This document shows positions 28,259 through 40,975 of a DNA stretch of 64,000 bases, in pieces. Position 1 is the first letter of the stretch. Each line of letters opens with the position of its first letter. Under the pieces are notes generated by a model. That model worked only from the letters and a program-made list of their open reading frames with translations, was not told the origin of the DNA and ran no database searches. Origin of the DNA: Amoeboaphelidium protococcarum X5 (lineage: Eukaryota > Fungi > Aphelidiomycota); contig JALDTO010000154.1 of NCBI GenBank assembly GCA_023515725.1, positions 696,988-760,987 on the forward strand. Reading direction: 5' to 3'. Position numbers and translations under genes: made by a program.

Positions 28259-29413
28259 ATGAATTCATAGAAAGTAGATGGCTCGATCGATGCAATGCTT
28301 GTGAAGGCAGAAGATTTGCTTCTCCAACAAGAGTATGAGACTGCGATATTATTTGCTCAGCCCGTCGTTGATCAGTTACAAGACGGAGAAGAGGCAGATA
28401 TCACGTAATTATAATCTGCACTAGAAATTCGCGTATAATGTGAAATGGAATTGCATCAATATGAACGCGCTATATAGACTTGGCTGCGTATTATCGAGCA
28501 TTTCCCGGATAACTTTCAGGCATACCTGTATTTAGGGTAACTTCACGCCGGTAAATAATCTGTTGAATACATTGAATAAGGGATTTAGAGGTGTTAACAA
28601 TAATTGATCATCTGTTCGGACGACTCATTGAAATTAGAATTACAATTTTACATTAGCAATGCCTATTGTTCTCTAGTGGATATCTACATGTCTGATTTAT
28701 GTTTTGAGGAAGATGCTGAGTAGAGGTGTAATCAGTACGCGTCAAGTGCTATCTAATCGTGCGAGTCCAATCCGGACGCGTACATGACCATGGCCTCGCT
28801 CTAGCTAACAATTAAAAACATTGACCAGGCAAAATAATTTCTGCTGAAGAGTGTATCGCTGTGGATACCATAAGATATTCTGGAGGTATGCAATGATATC
28901 TCCAGCTAGGATTATCAATTAATGTCACCAATGTCTGATATGCCGTAATATGAGTCGCGTTCTAGCTTGGTTCGCCAGCTGATGGAGTGTGAGCTGTTTG
29001 ACGTTGCGCTTATAGTCATCGAATCTTTATTGGGCGAGAATGACGTGGATCTGAGTGTTCTGCACTGTAAAGCTTTGACTTATTGGTCCATGGCTTTATA
29101 AAATATCACAGTCGCGGTATCCGAGAATACTGTTGGTGATTCATCATCAGTCGACATGGACGAGTCGCAACTTCTGGAGCTGCTAACCAGTGGCAATGTT
29201 GATAACATCCAACTAGACTAAGGAACCAGTTAGATAATTGTCGCATGCAAAGAAGTGCTTGAATAGGTGCAAAGTATCATGTAAGATGGCGAAATTGAAT
29301 TGGCTCTGGATGATAAAGATTTACAAGAACTGCTCGATCTGTATGCAATCATTGCAAAGTTGCCCCTGTCATCACCGGTGTAGACTGATCAAGACGATTC
29401 ATTGAATAGATGA
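28259..29413 (+). CDS. ACL4: TPR protein, assembly chaperone of Rpl4 (Acl4-like)
   Basis: YLYLGQL..GK.S and AYCSLVDIYMSDLCFEEDAEQRC match Acl4 blocks. Confidence 0.75.
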
Positions 29414-29636
29414 CAGCAATAGTTATCCTACTTACTTTCATTTCTTTACTTTAGCACTGATATTATTGCTTTTATTTGAATAACGTAACGCCGTTTCACA
29501 TTATCAAAGGTAGATAAACGTAACCTTTCGTGTCACACGTTCCCACAGATCTGTCAAACATTGGCCAGCTTTGTCACCATCATAATTAATGCAAAGCGCG
29601 AAATAGAAATTGACTGAAGACATTTACAGTATCAAA

Positions 29637-32039
29637 ATGGAGAATAGCATAACTGAGAGTGATATAGACTTTTACGAGTCACACAAGCTGCCTCTGCCTG
29701 TGAGAAATCAAGAGTAACTGAGAGAATGGGTAAGATATGTCCAGAAATGCATTATCGTCGTTAATTGTTATTGTAAAATTAAACACACTTATTGTCTGGC
29801 GGGCGGTGGCGACCATTTCGATGCGACCCGCGTCCAATAGAGTGTATGATGTATATGAATTAATTGTGTGTAGAAACTGAAACGCCCCGATATCTGCTGC
29901 ATCTGTTTCAAGGCTGAGTAGGCGCCAGACAATCCCATACTGAAATGTTCTGACCCGTCTTGCGATGTACAAGTTCATGCGAAATGCTTCGGCATATCAC
30001 CGGGAGAGATACCGCCTCAGGCTGAGGTCTAGGAGTGGCTCTGTGAAAAGTGTCGCCTGGGAGAACACTCTGCATATTGTGCGCTCTGTCCCAATCTGGG
30101 CGGAGCTTTGAAACAGACCAAGAAGAAGAATGTTTGGATTCATATTCTGTGCGCCATGTGGATACCGGAGGTTACTTTTTAAAATGTTGAATTTTTATCT
30201 GGTATTGAGACTAAATATGTTCCACAGAGTCGCTTTAATCGCTACTGTTGCCTGTGTGCCAACTCTCATCTTGCCGGTATGGGCGCATGTATCGACTGCA
30301 GTTACATGGAGTTTAGCGCGAAGAACCGAAAGATGACATGCGGTAGATCATTTCATGTTACGTGTGCTTCCCGTTACAATCTGCTCAATGATGCCGCATA
30401 ATTTAATTCTGAGCACGGCAGCAGTGATTATGATGCTGATGAACACATTGTCTACTGTAATGTTCATAGATTCGGGCGGTATCATGCAGAGCTCGATCAC
30501 GATAGTTGTATCAATGCATGGGACAGTTGGCGCGTCGGTCGTTATGCAGCGTCTGATGTGCTTACCGGAGACTAGATAAGAGAGTAAGAGTCATTGAAGA
30601 TATTCCCTATTCCACCTGATGAGAACGACACTTTTGAATGCGAACTTGGACGCAGCGCTTTTCCCACTAATCAATCGAATTATGAGCGCAGCTGCCTTTA
30701 AATTTTACCGTAGTTGAAGGACATAAATAATCCGTGCCAGCCGAAGGATCAACGTCGCTCTGATGAATCAGTGCCTAATCTTTCCGTATTCTGTAATAAT
30801 CTACTTCCTGGATAAAGCGATTAGCCGCCATAAATCAATTATAGAGTTGTCTATGTCGGTCTGAAGAATGGCCAAGTCTGTGGTAAATGTTAGACACGCT
30901 GTCTCCCTAAAACTGCTCCAGTTCTGCCATAGTACAGAGATTTTTTACTCAAGTGTTGTGTTTGTAGCCACTCGTATCATCTTTGCTGTTTGGATATTCC
31001 CACAATGCATCCTCCTTCTGATGATGATTCTAAGGACTCTGAAGCGGTGTAAAAGTAGAATTCATATTCCACTTGGAAATGCGACAAATGCTAGTAGCAT
31101 AAAATCTAGCATTATTCTAATCTTCTTAAAGATGTCGACGTGATGCCAACTGTGATAGAGCTTGACTCTGCTTAAAAGAAGCCTAAAAGGATCAAGCTAG
31201 ATTCTACTGATGATTCTAATAAGTACATAGCTTAATAGCGAGATGAAGTATCTGCTGCGACACTGGCTAATAAATGCGCACCAATTATCCTTCTAAACCA
31301 TACATTAAGTTCATAGTTCAATGATGGAGATGGCGCCATACGTGGCCCGGTATTTATACAACTTGAGGTGAGAGATTGGTAAAATTTATTGCTCTATTCA
31401 ACTTAATCTGTCATTTTGAATTGCCCTCCTGATGCATCAACTTCTGGAATTGCCACGTTGATTGAAGAGATTCCACATCAGTTTCTATTGTAATTGCAAG
31501 AAGCTCATTGTAGCCGTAATTTAGAATAGCCTCCCTTGCCAGAATTTATATCTCCAGGTGAGCAAGACGGTAGGATGTGTCTTTTGAAGAGATCAATGTC
31601 TGAAGAGTCGTTTGCTTCTGCTCCGTCAAAATTTGCTGATAATGCCGGTGATAATTCGCCTCTGGTTAAATAACGTCTGAGATGGAAAGTCAATTCCTAA
31701 TGCAAAATGATTGTTCTAGATCTATATAAGCCCATATGGACTAGATATAGCGGGCGAGATAAAGAGGGATGGTGTGGTTTGTGTCAGCCAGGTACGTGGC
31801 TCAAAGTAAAGACCAGCGTCTATTGGTACCATATGCATTACTTCCACGGCGTCTCCTCAATCACTGGTACATTTTATGAGCCGCCAGCTGCCTATAGACT
31901 GGATGAAAAGGGAAGCAAGGAAGGACGCTGCGGCCACTGTGACAAGTGGATTTCAATATAGGGAGAAAAGCACATCAACGTACAAGAGATACATTGGTAT
32001 CGCCACTGTCAACAATGTCACGACTCGAAGCTACCATGA
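29637..32039 (+). CDS. PHD-Zn knuckle-PHD (PZP) plus extra PHD, fused to a Rua1-C/DUF4451-like domain; intron 29730-29873
   Basis: CCICF...VHAKCFG..WLCEKC, CALCPNLGGALKQT..WIHILCAMWIPEV, FHVTCA, a third PHD, and C-terminal EGWCGLC...YWYHMHYFHGVSSITG...WYRHCQQCH. The frame was read through 29874-32039 with no TGA. Confidence 0.8.
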
Positions 32040-32207
32040 AATGATGTATAATCGTAGACTTAATGGTGGATAGATGTATTAGCGATAATCATTGAGCTCT
32101 TTGACGCGTAGTAACTTAGATGAATTTTGATAACTGATATAAAGAGGTACTATCTACCATGAAAACCTTTTTTCATTTCATATCTAATATTTACTCAGAT
32201 CAATAAA

Positions 32208-32425
32208 TCAAGCCAGTGGACTAATCAGACGCATAATGGAAGGCTTTGGATTGCTCTTGGTGTATCCTACATAAATAGCGAATAACAATAATAAATGAAT
32301 CAGAATAATAATAGGTGATAGACACACCTACCTAAATACAACAAGAACGGAATGAACCCATAATGGAATGCCCATGCTCCGAACTGCACCACTCTCTGCA
32401 CAATATCATTACGCGTATCTTTCAT
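32208..32425 (-). CDS. TOM7: Mitochondrial import receptor subunit Tom7; intron 32267-32331
   Basis: Spliced product MKDTRNDIVQRVVQFGAWAFHYGFIPFLLYLGYTKSNPKPSIMRLISPLA. Confidence 0.88.
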
Positions 32426-32589
32426 TTTTTATATCAGTATATACTCTTAATCTACCAAGTATTAAATTTAAAAATTCAATTTTTATAAGGGAATAATAAA
32501 AGAGAAATCTGATGAGAGAATTTCTCTGGATCAAAAAGTGAGCGCGTTCGATCAACTTCAATTATCCTCCGCTAATATACAAAGTAGAG

Positions 32590-34584
32590 ATGGATTACTA
32601 AGATTTACCAGAGCATGTGGACAGCGATGTCGCTATGGCTGATATAGTTACTAAGCAGAATCAGATTCCGGTGCCGACAGATGATGGTCAAGTCAGGGCT
32701 ATACTCAGACGCGTTGGGTAGCCAATGACACTGTTCGGAGAGGGCGCATATGAGAGAAGGAATAGGCTGCGGAGTATTATGGCAGAGTACTCAGACTTTA
32801 AAGTGAACACTCTTCTCCAATGGTCATAATCTATCCCTGGCGGCGATTACAAGAATGTCCCTATCCATGGTGTTAGCGGTATCTCTGATGGCGATGATTA
32901 GAATTGGAGGCTGATGTAGGAGCGTATGGAAGCGGAAACTAGAGTATAAATGGCAGAGGAAGGTGGTGATTTAGAATAGGATGATAATGATTATGAAGAA
33001 TTCTTCATCCAAGGTGGTCCCGCAGTTAGGCAGATGAGAGGTGATATATCGCGGTTTTCTCTAACTAGAACCAGGCATAGGTTAAGTAGATAGAGAATGG
33101 AGCGGCAGTATATTCAGTCTAATCTTGATGATTTCAGAGCTTATAGACAGGATTTGTATCTGAAACTTCGAGGTAACAATTCTCGGTACCAAGAGGAAGC
33201 TTATGAAATGTACGGTATTTAGATCGCGTCAGATAGAGCTTTGTCTAGGTGCTAATTCTCTCCACATAATGATTTACTCGCCGTCGGTTGCTTTGGTGGA
33301 TCTCTAAAGCTCTGGACTCTTCCGTAATTTGATTATGATTTAGGTGATGTATCCGGTGATTGTGAAGTATTTAGTTTATTGCATGGCCACCAGGACAGAG
33401 TTACCAGTATCGCTTGGAATCCAACGCTAGATGTGTCCAACGCGCATTTGGCTTCCGGCGGAATGGATGGTTCCTGCTTTGTATGGTCCATTCGTTCTAA
33501 TGATACAGGTTAGAGTTCACAAACCATGCAGATTGGCGATGATGGTGACGTACTAAGTGAAAGCCGAAGAACTCCGCCTGTGTTATCGTTAGATGGTCAC
33601 TCTTTGAGAGTATCAGCGACAAAATTTCATCCAAGTGGACGATATCTAGCCACAGGTTCGTATGATGCCTCGTGGCGATTATGGGATCTTAGTGTGGGCA
33701 TGGACGTGTTGCTGAGTAGAGATGGTGGTACTAGGATGTTGGAAGAAGAGGTATTGCTCCAGGAAGGACACATGAGCGGTGTTCACTCGCTGGATATCAA
33801 CTGGGATGGGTCTTTATTGGCGAGTGGTGGTGTCAGAGATGGTCTTTGTCGAGTGTTTGATTTGCGTACTGGGAAGAATATCATGCTCATACCACCTGCG
33901 GCTACATGGCATCAGATGGAGAGTTTCGATCCGAATATCAGATTATAGCCTAGTAATCCAGATGGTCATCATCCATACAGCACGATAACTTCATTGGCAT
34001 ATAGTCCGAATGGGTATGATCTGGCATCTGCTTCCACTGATGGCTTTGTAAAGGTGCACGATCTGCGAATGCTCAGAGTTGCCAAATGCACAATAGCTGC
34101 AGTAGGATCTAGTGGTATAGTTAGTGGATTGTAATTCAGATAGCGGAGATGGAACGACTACTATGAGTCCAAGGCGGATTATGCAAAGAGTTTTAAATTT
34201 CCATAAAATATTGTTGGGTAATATTGTTCATAGATATAGTCGTCGGGCTCAGAGATTACGTCAAATTAAGAACCTGAAGATTATAAAGCTATTCCTGATG
34301 ATAGTCTAGCGCAGTATCACGCTGATTATATGCTAACATCTTCGTTTGATGGCCTTATTAAAATTTGGAGTTGCAATGATTACAGATTGCTGAAAACACT
34401 GGACTGTTCTTCCATGTTAAATATGGACTCAATGACTGATTCTGTTTCATAAGTCAATAGAAGGCCACGGCTAGAGAAGTTGATGGATGTTAGTTTAAGT
34501 TCTGATGGTCGATGGCTGGCCAGTGCTCAATATGACAAGGCTTTCAGTTTGTTCCACGCCACTGACCAAGATATATAGCAATGA
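32590..34584 (+). CDS. PRP4: U4/U6 snRNP WD40 protein Prp4
   Basis: PRP4 motif [34 protein letters not shown]. WD repeats FHPSGRYLATGSYDASWRLWD and LLQEGH. Confidence 0.88.
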
Positions 34585-34917
34585 TGGTAGATTTATGACA
34601 ATAGGTGATTCCTGAAAGAATATCACAGAAGTTTCTCGATACATATTGTAGAATAATAAATAAATACTTGTTTCGCTCAGCTTGCTTTCCTACCTTGATT
34701 GCATGTTATATGCAGTGTTTGCTCTTAACACGCCTTGATAATCAACGACTCTTTATATAGTGAAAATCAACGATGAAGCGAATCTAGAATTTAGTTTGAC
34801 TCTAAGAATTTAGTACTGCAACATTTACATCCATTTAGTATCCGTCGCTTTGTCTACTGTAAACTGTATCGTATGCCCCTTTCTCCTTCTTTTTCTTTTA
34901 TTCACTTAACACTGAAA

Positions 34918-37150
34918 ATGCCTCGCATAATTAAACGTCGTAGACTGGGGCCGAGTAGCAGTAATTCTGACCACGCAAGCAGTAATTTATCTAAATTGTT
35001 ATCATCTAATGATGACTCTGATAATAGTGAAGATGAGCAGAATATAGGTAATGCCGCCTCTGAAGCGCAATAGAGTCTCCCTGTGGATGTTGTTTAGATT
35101 CTGTAGCAATTTTAATCGTAAGCTGCAGTATAAAGCGTGAATGACGGTAATCTTAGAGAGATGGACTAATTGGTGAATACGAGTATTAGCACGCCATCTG
35201 CGGAATAGATATTTAATGAGGTAATGAGGGCTGTATAGAACGATGTGTCGCGTAGCACGCTGAAAACTTATAAAGGTCCCATGCAGTAGTACTTGGTGTG
35301 GTGCAATTAGTAGACTTTCCCTGATATGACTCGTTAATTAGTATCAGAGTAAAAGTTGCTTGCTTTCATTCACACGGAGGTTGTCAATAGAGGAGATTTT
35401 AGAGCTAACCAAACCAGATCTAGAGTTGGTCTGAAGACTGTTCAAAATGCAGTCAGTGCTTTAGTGCATCTATGGCAGCATTAAAAGAATCTGAACGCGA
35501 ACAACTTTCCTCATCCACGTGGGTCCGCTGTAAAATCCTACCTCAAGTATCTAAAGCGGCAGGAAAATGAAAAAACCGCAGAGAGTTTAAAGATAGAGCT
35601 ATTAGAACTGTAGCGGATGGTTACACCAATGACGCCTAGCTGCAATAGCTGGTTGATGTTCTTTTTTATTAGTAGTTCTAGTTTGGGCCGGCTCTAAGAA
35701 TGAGATCGATGATTCTGCTGTCGCACTTTGGAATGTTGAGAGGACAGAGTGTTCGAGCTTTCGAGTTTGCGGATTTGACAATGGTCGAAGACAATGGCAG
35801 AGGTGGGCGCAAAGTAGTTGCATTGATTCTACTCATTAATAACGGCAAGACTAATTATGTCAATAGATAGGAATACGCGTAAATGACAAGAGCCAGTAAT
35901 GTAAATATTTGCCCGGTTAGTAGTTTGGCCGTATATCTGTTTTATCGGTTCAACGTGTCTCAATGTCTGTTTCCAGATTTTGTCTATTCCGGAGGAGTGG
36001 TTCTAGCATAAAATATTCCCATCGTCATTTAGACAGCCAGAGTCTGAATTGTCTTACAATGCTCATAGAGACACGATGAAGAAGGTAATTTCTCTCTAGT
36101 ATTAGTGCATCGAAAGTAACTCATCTTACTCGTAAATGTGCCGTCAACTCCGCGTAAGCACAGGAGATAGATTCTGGACGATTAGCTGCGTAGGGTAGAT
36201 GGTCGTCTGATGCTCTATCCAAATGTTATATGTCTGTCCAATGGGACAATTTGGTTAAATTGGCTGGCTTTAGTCGAAAGTCTTTGTACGTCATACATCG
36301 CGCCTCTATCACACCTTCTCAAGAACTATAGATGGAGGTTTATCCTCAGCTGAACTCTTACCTGCATCTCTTGGAAGATAGCAATCAGACTTTGACCACG
36401 AAGCTGTTCATTAAGACGATGCTTCATCTTAGAATAGTTTTTCTACAGGATGCTGCGTTATTGATGGGGTCCTATCCTGATTTAAGCCTCTGGAACGAGT
36501 CAGTTTTCTAAACCAATTATTTCCAATAATTTTCTCAGCAAGTCAAGGCCGCATGCCGGGATGCAGAGTTGTCTGGAAGTGAACTGCTTGATCGTCTGGC
36601 GCCCGAATTGCAGAGAGTTACCCAAAGCAATTTCGAGGAACTAAAATCTTAACTGAATAGTCAGAGCGCTATGCTGCAGAGCCTGAACAACAGCCTAATT
36701 TAATCACAGAATACTATATCCGACGTACTCCAGGGCAGAACTGCAATCCGCTTGAGTGTTTATCAAGGTAATAGCTCTGCTGGCCAGCCCGCACCGAGTG
36801 GAGGTAATATCGCGGAAGAAGATGACGCGGAGGTTTTGGACTACAAGATGAATAGTTCAGTTGTTACAGTGAGTACTCTATGGTAGGAATGGACTAGTGG
36901 TATTGCTGGCGGCCCTGCAGTGTAAGATTTGGAAGCTACGTTCGGAACGAAATGGCGTAAAGATTAAACTGAATCCAAATTTTTCAATCGCCGCAGGGTG
37001 ATTATCGATGAGATAAAGCGCATAGTCAATGAGAATGTAGCCTCCTGTGAATAGGAAGCTGTCAGGTTGCTTGAAATCAAAAGATCTTCCAATTTGTGGT
37101 CTCTTGATAAGTTGATGAAGAGCATCAAATCACCACACTGGTCTCTTTGA
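34918..37150 (+). mobile_element. CryptonF-type tyrosine-recombinase transposon ORF (Ndc10-II-like + GCR1_C), frameshifted
   Basis: AVSALVHLW..HPRG, MLRG, GKTN, CPVSSLAVYLFYRF, THLTRK, GRW..LSKCY, LRIVFLQDAALL and GCR1_C TVSTLWQEWTSGIAGGPAV..FFNRRRVII. Several frameshifts between 35580 and 36110. Confidence 0.85.
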
Positions 37151-37553
37151 TTCATGGCCATCAACAATATGAGAAAGACTGTGTTTTAATACTATATGAT
37201 TTTTTTACATTTTCACCTTTGCTCACTTTCGAGACTTACATCCTTACAAGTTTGGGAGTGAAGACAGACATATAGGGCTGTTAACAGCGCCCATATGCAG
37301 ATTAATGTCATATATGGGAGTGTTTGAAGTTTGAAATTTTTCCGTCGCTCGATAATTCTGATCCGGTCCGTTCCGCCCCCGCGACCGAGTCAGGACCCCT
37401 GGTAGAGATTGTTATATATCTACAAAATAAAAACAAAGACGCAGTTGCCATAGAATGTAGAGATCACAAACAACAAAGGAATAGCCCATACAGTATTCAA
37501 TACTGGAACATGATATAAAAAACAAGCAAAACGAATACCTAATTTTTTCAATT

Positions 37554-38964
37554 TCAGTTTCTCAAATATTAATTCAAACCCGGCGGTAATACAAAGCCGC
37601 CCTGAGCAAGTAACTTGTCAATCCAAGCCTTGCCGTTGTTCATGGCTTAAGCATCTTCCTTACGGATTTCCTCCGCAATCTCATCTGCCGCCTTACGCAT
37701 TTCAAAATTCAAACCGAGTTATATGTTATTAAACAACACGCGACCGGTAATCTTCTAGAATGGAACAACTTTCGGAACTTGGCCAACTCCTAATTTGCGA
37801 TACAAGTCAGCAATTCTATTAGCGTTAAAAAATTAATCGGCAAAAATTGGCACAGCAAATGTCGGTGAGCCACTCAGTAATGCTGCAGCGGTCGTCCCAC
37901 TTCCACCATGGTGAATAATCAAATCGCACTGTGGAAAGAGTTCTGCGTGTGGACTGCTAGATATCAATTAGATCTTAGAGGATAATTATTCAAACTCCTT
38001 ACTAATTTCACCAGAGGCTTCACCGACAAAGAGCAAAATGGTCACGTCACGGCCCTGTATGAAGTAGTCCAAATCTGTCACCAATTTTATAAACACATCA
38101 GTATTCCAGATCGGCATGGATCCGAATCCAATGTAGACTAGCTTATCACCCTACTAGCGCGCAGTCTATATCATATACATTAACTCTGAGTTCAGAGGAA
38201 TCGGACCTTGACTGCGTTAAGAAGAGTACGCGGTAAAATATCCACTCAGCTCCACAGAATCAGGATAATCCGCCAGCTTTGGAAACAGATACGAGCTCAT
38301 GGCATACAGTGTAGGGAACCCCTCCTGAGCATTCTTTATCACCTTCCAATTTTTAAAGTCAAAGTTGATACCAGCGTGATCAGCCATTTTATTCCAGAAA
38401 ATATAACGCGACTATGGTGTACCAGTTCTATAGACTAGATCATAAGAAAGACGATTCGAGAATCTGAACCAATTAGGCACCAATTAATCAATCACGACAA
38501 ACGGAAAGTCACCAGTTTAATGGAAAGGGAAGAGAAGCAGCTATCCGACTGGAATATCGTACTTCTTACCAACTATCAAAGCTTGATTAACGTTGAACAT
38601 GTTCGTGACTATCAAAGATGCATCGCGGCAGTGGTCGTCAATTTTCTCATAGATATTCCACTCATCAGCGTCAGATGCCAGTCTTGGTGACAGCATTCAT
38701 CGTATCACCCTTGGCTATCAAATCCACAATCTCTGGCTACTCCGCAAACACGTCGATGTTATTCTGGAACTCTCGATTAGTTTGCAAAGGAGCGTACGGC
38801 ACGTTATAGCTCTCTACCAAAACGCGATGGTTCCCAGATGTCATCACCAGAGGTTGGTACACTTCATTAGTTCCCGGATATGTTTAAGTCATTAAGAATC
38901 GCGCAAGTGCAATCACAGGCTACACATCGCCACGCGTCCCTCTCGTTAAAAAGCACACTTTCAT
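37554..38964 (-). CDS. Sterol 3-beta-glucosyltransferase-like GT-B enzyme (GT28_N/UGT), one apparent frameshift ~38685
   Basis: GTRGDVQ(TAG)PVIALA, VYIGFGSM, PHAELFPQCDLIIHHGGSGTTAAAL, PIFADQ(TAA)FF. Confidence 0.8.
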
Positions 38965-39511
38965 GCGTAGTTAAAATGTGTATCAAATCTTGGAACCTTG
39001 ATAGATACCTGCAAAAGAAAAAGAAACTTTCAATAGCTATTGCTTCGCCACATCTCGCGACAGTCGCTGTGCTCCTCAAGCGAAAGCCGAGGGGTAGCGT
39101 GAAGCAACACATCTCCCCTTGTCGTTAGTTAGTTGGATAATTTTAAGCTTTTCTACATTGCTTTGATCTGCGCTTACATTCCACACGCTAGAAAATGATT
39201 CCAATTATCCGATAAGAATTAAATAACATCACGGAAATACAGATCGGATTGGTATGCAGCCTTGCTCGCTCTGATCATACTCAATCTGACTGTCTCACAT
39301 TTAGGGCCGATTATGTAAGTATGTATATAGTGAATTATAAACCGACTTTTATGACGATTAGCCATTTTCGTGCAATTGCCGCAGAGAGAGAAATTTGAAA
39401 GAGAAAAGATACTTCTGAGACCTGCTTTGAAAGGTAACTGGGGTACGCTCTCTTGAATGTTTCTAAGAGAATAAACTGAAAGCCTGTATAATAAATAAAT
39501 TGAATGTTTCA

Positions 39512-40258
39512 TCATTAAATTACGAAAGCTTCCTAACAAATCCACACATTTAAACCAAACTTCTCAGCATCGCCAATGATTGGGCTTCCTCCGTGCAAAG
39601 TCAGAGGATCTTCAACACCATTCTCGTCAATATTGTACCAAAACGCAGCATCTCCAAGCTTAGCTGGAATTTCTAAGTCAAACTCAGGACAAGCTGTTGC
39701 ACCACCATGTTCCTCCATGTCAACAGTGTTCAAATGTCCAAAGATTGTGATTTCGCGCTAAACCCCATTCGATAGTCTTTCATTTAAGTCGTCGTTATCG
39801 GAAAACCAGTCATCATGTGGCTCGTACTTTTAACCTTCTCTGTACCAGACTACTTATAGGGGTTCTATGCAATCGACAGACTTTCCAACGAATTATGCCA
39901 CATGTTACTCAATGCACTTGACAACTTTATCGTGGGATCGTGTCAAGTAAGCTGAATAACTGGTACGGACTTCGTCAACATCGCTGTAATCCGTCTCGCT
40001 ACCTACGGCACTCCTTCTAAATAGAGGTCGAGCTATCTAGATCAAATGCTACGACTCTCCTGGCGTCAACAAATTACTTAAATACATCATGAATGGTTTA
40101 CGACGCATCAAATTAACTCCGAAAGTGTAGTTATGGTTGCACTTTTATTTGTGAAAAAACACAGCTTCACTAAAGCTCCCGTCAGGATTCCAGCTTCCTA
40201 CAGGATCAGCTAAACCGACCAGTAAATTAGCATCAGGGGCAACCAAGAAGATAATCAT
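39512..40258 (-). CDS. Prolyl 4-hydroxylase (2OG-Fe(II)), apparent frameshift ~40080; start uncertain
   Basis: VRTSYSAYL, EPLQVVWYREGQKYEPHDDWF (HxD), GGATACP, LTLHGGSPII..EKFGLNVWI. Confidence 0.8.
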
Positions 40259-40975
40259 TACATCTAAGAGGATTAAATTGTTTGGAGAAAATTTAACAAG
40301 ATAGGGTTAATTAGGACTCTTCCAAACACAAAACTTAATAAGAATACTATGAAAATCAGTGAAAGAATGTAATAATTGAAAACTTAAGAACAAGATGATT
40401 TTGTAATTCAAATCAAGTTTAAAAATAATGCACATGGAGATTAAAGTAGGTGTCTTTAAAAGTTGTCATTGGAAGTTTTAGGATAAAAATCCTATGAGAA
40501 ATACGCACAATAGCCTTTGAGAACATTCATCCCTGATGTATTCTTCATTAAGTCATATGCCCAAAGGCTGGGGATATCAGCATTTCCTCAACTTGAGTCA
40601 GCTCTGCTAATGCGATCTAAATGTGAACAGGCCAAGACGAGAGCCCAGGATCCATATCATTTATATTCGAGAATTTGTCAGGAGGATCTCTACACCGTTT
40701 ACAAACATAGTTCTAGCTTAATTGGGGCACGTAATTTAGGAAGTATGTTTTGAATCATTTCATCATCACCATCGATGCTCTTTTATTTGGTCGTGGCGAT
40801 ATCAATTCTGACCTAACGCTATGAGTTTTAATGAATGTTCCAATCATAGATGCATCCATCTGTCCAATCCCTACGTGTTGCTAAGCATAAAGGCACAGAT
40901 TTCAAAAAAATTTGTATTATTGCGACTTTGTTTCATTTACCATCAATTTATTAAGCTTTCCATAATAATTTGTTT

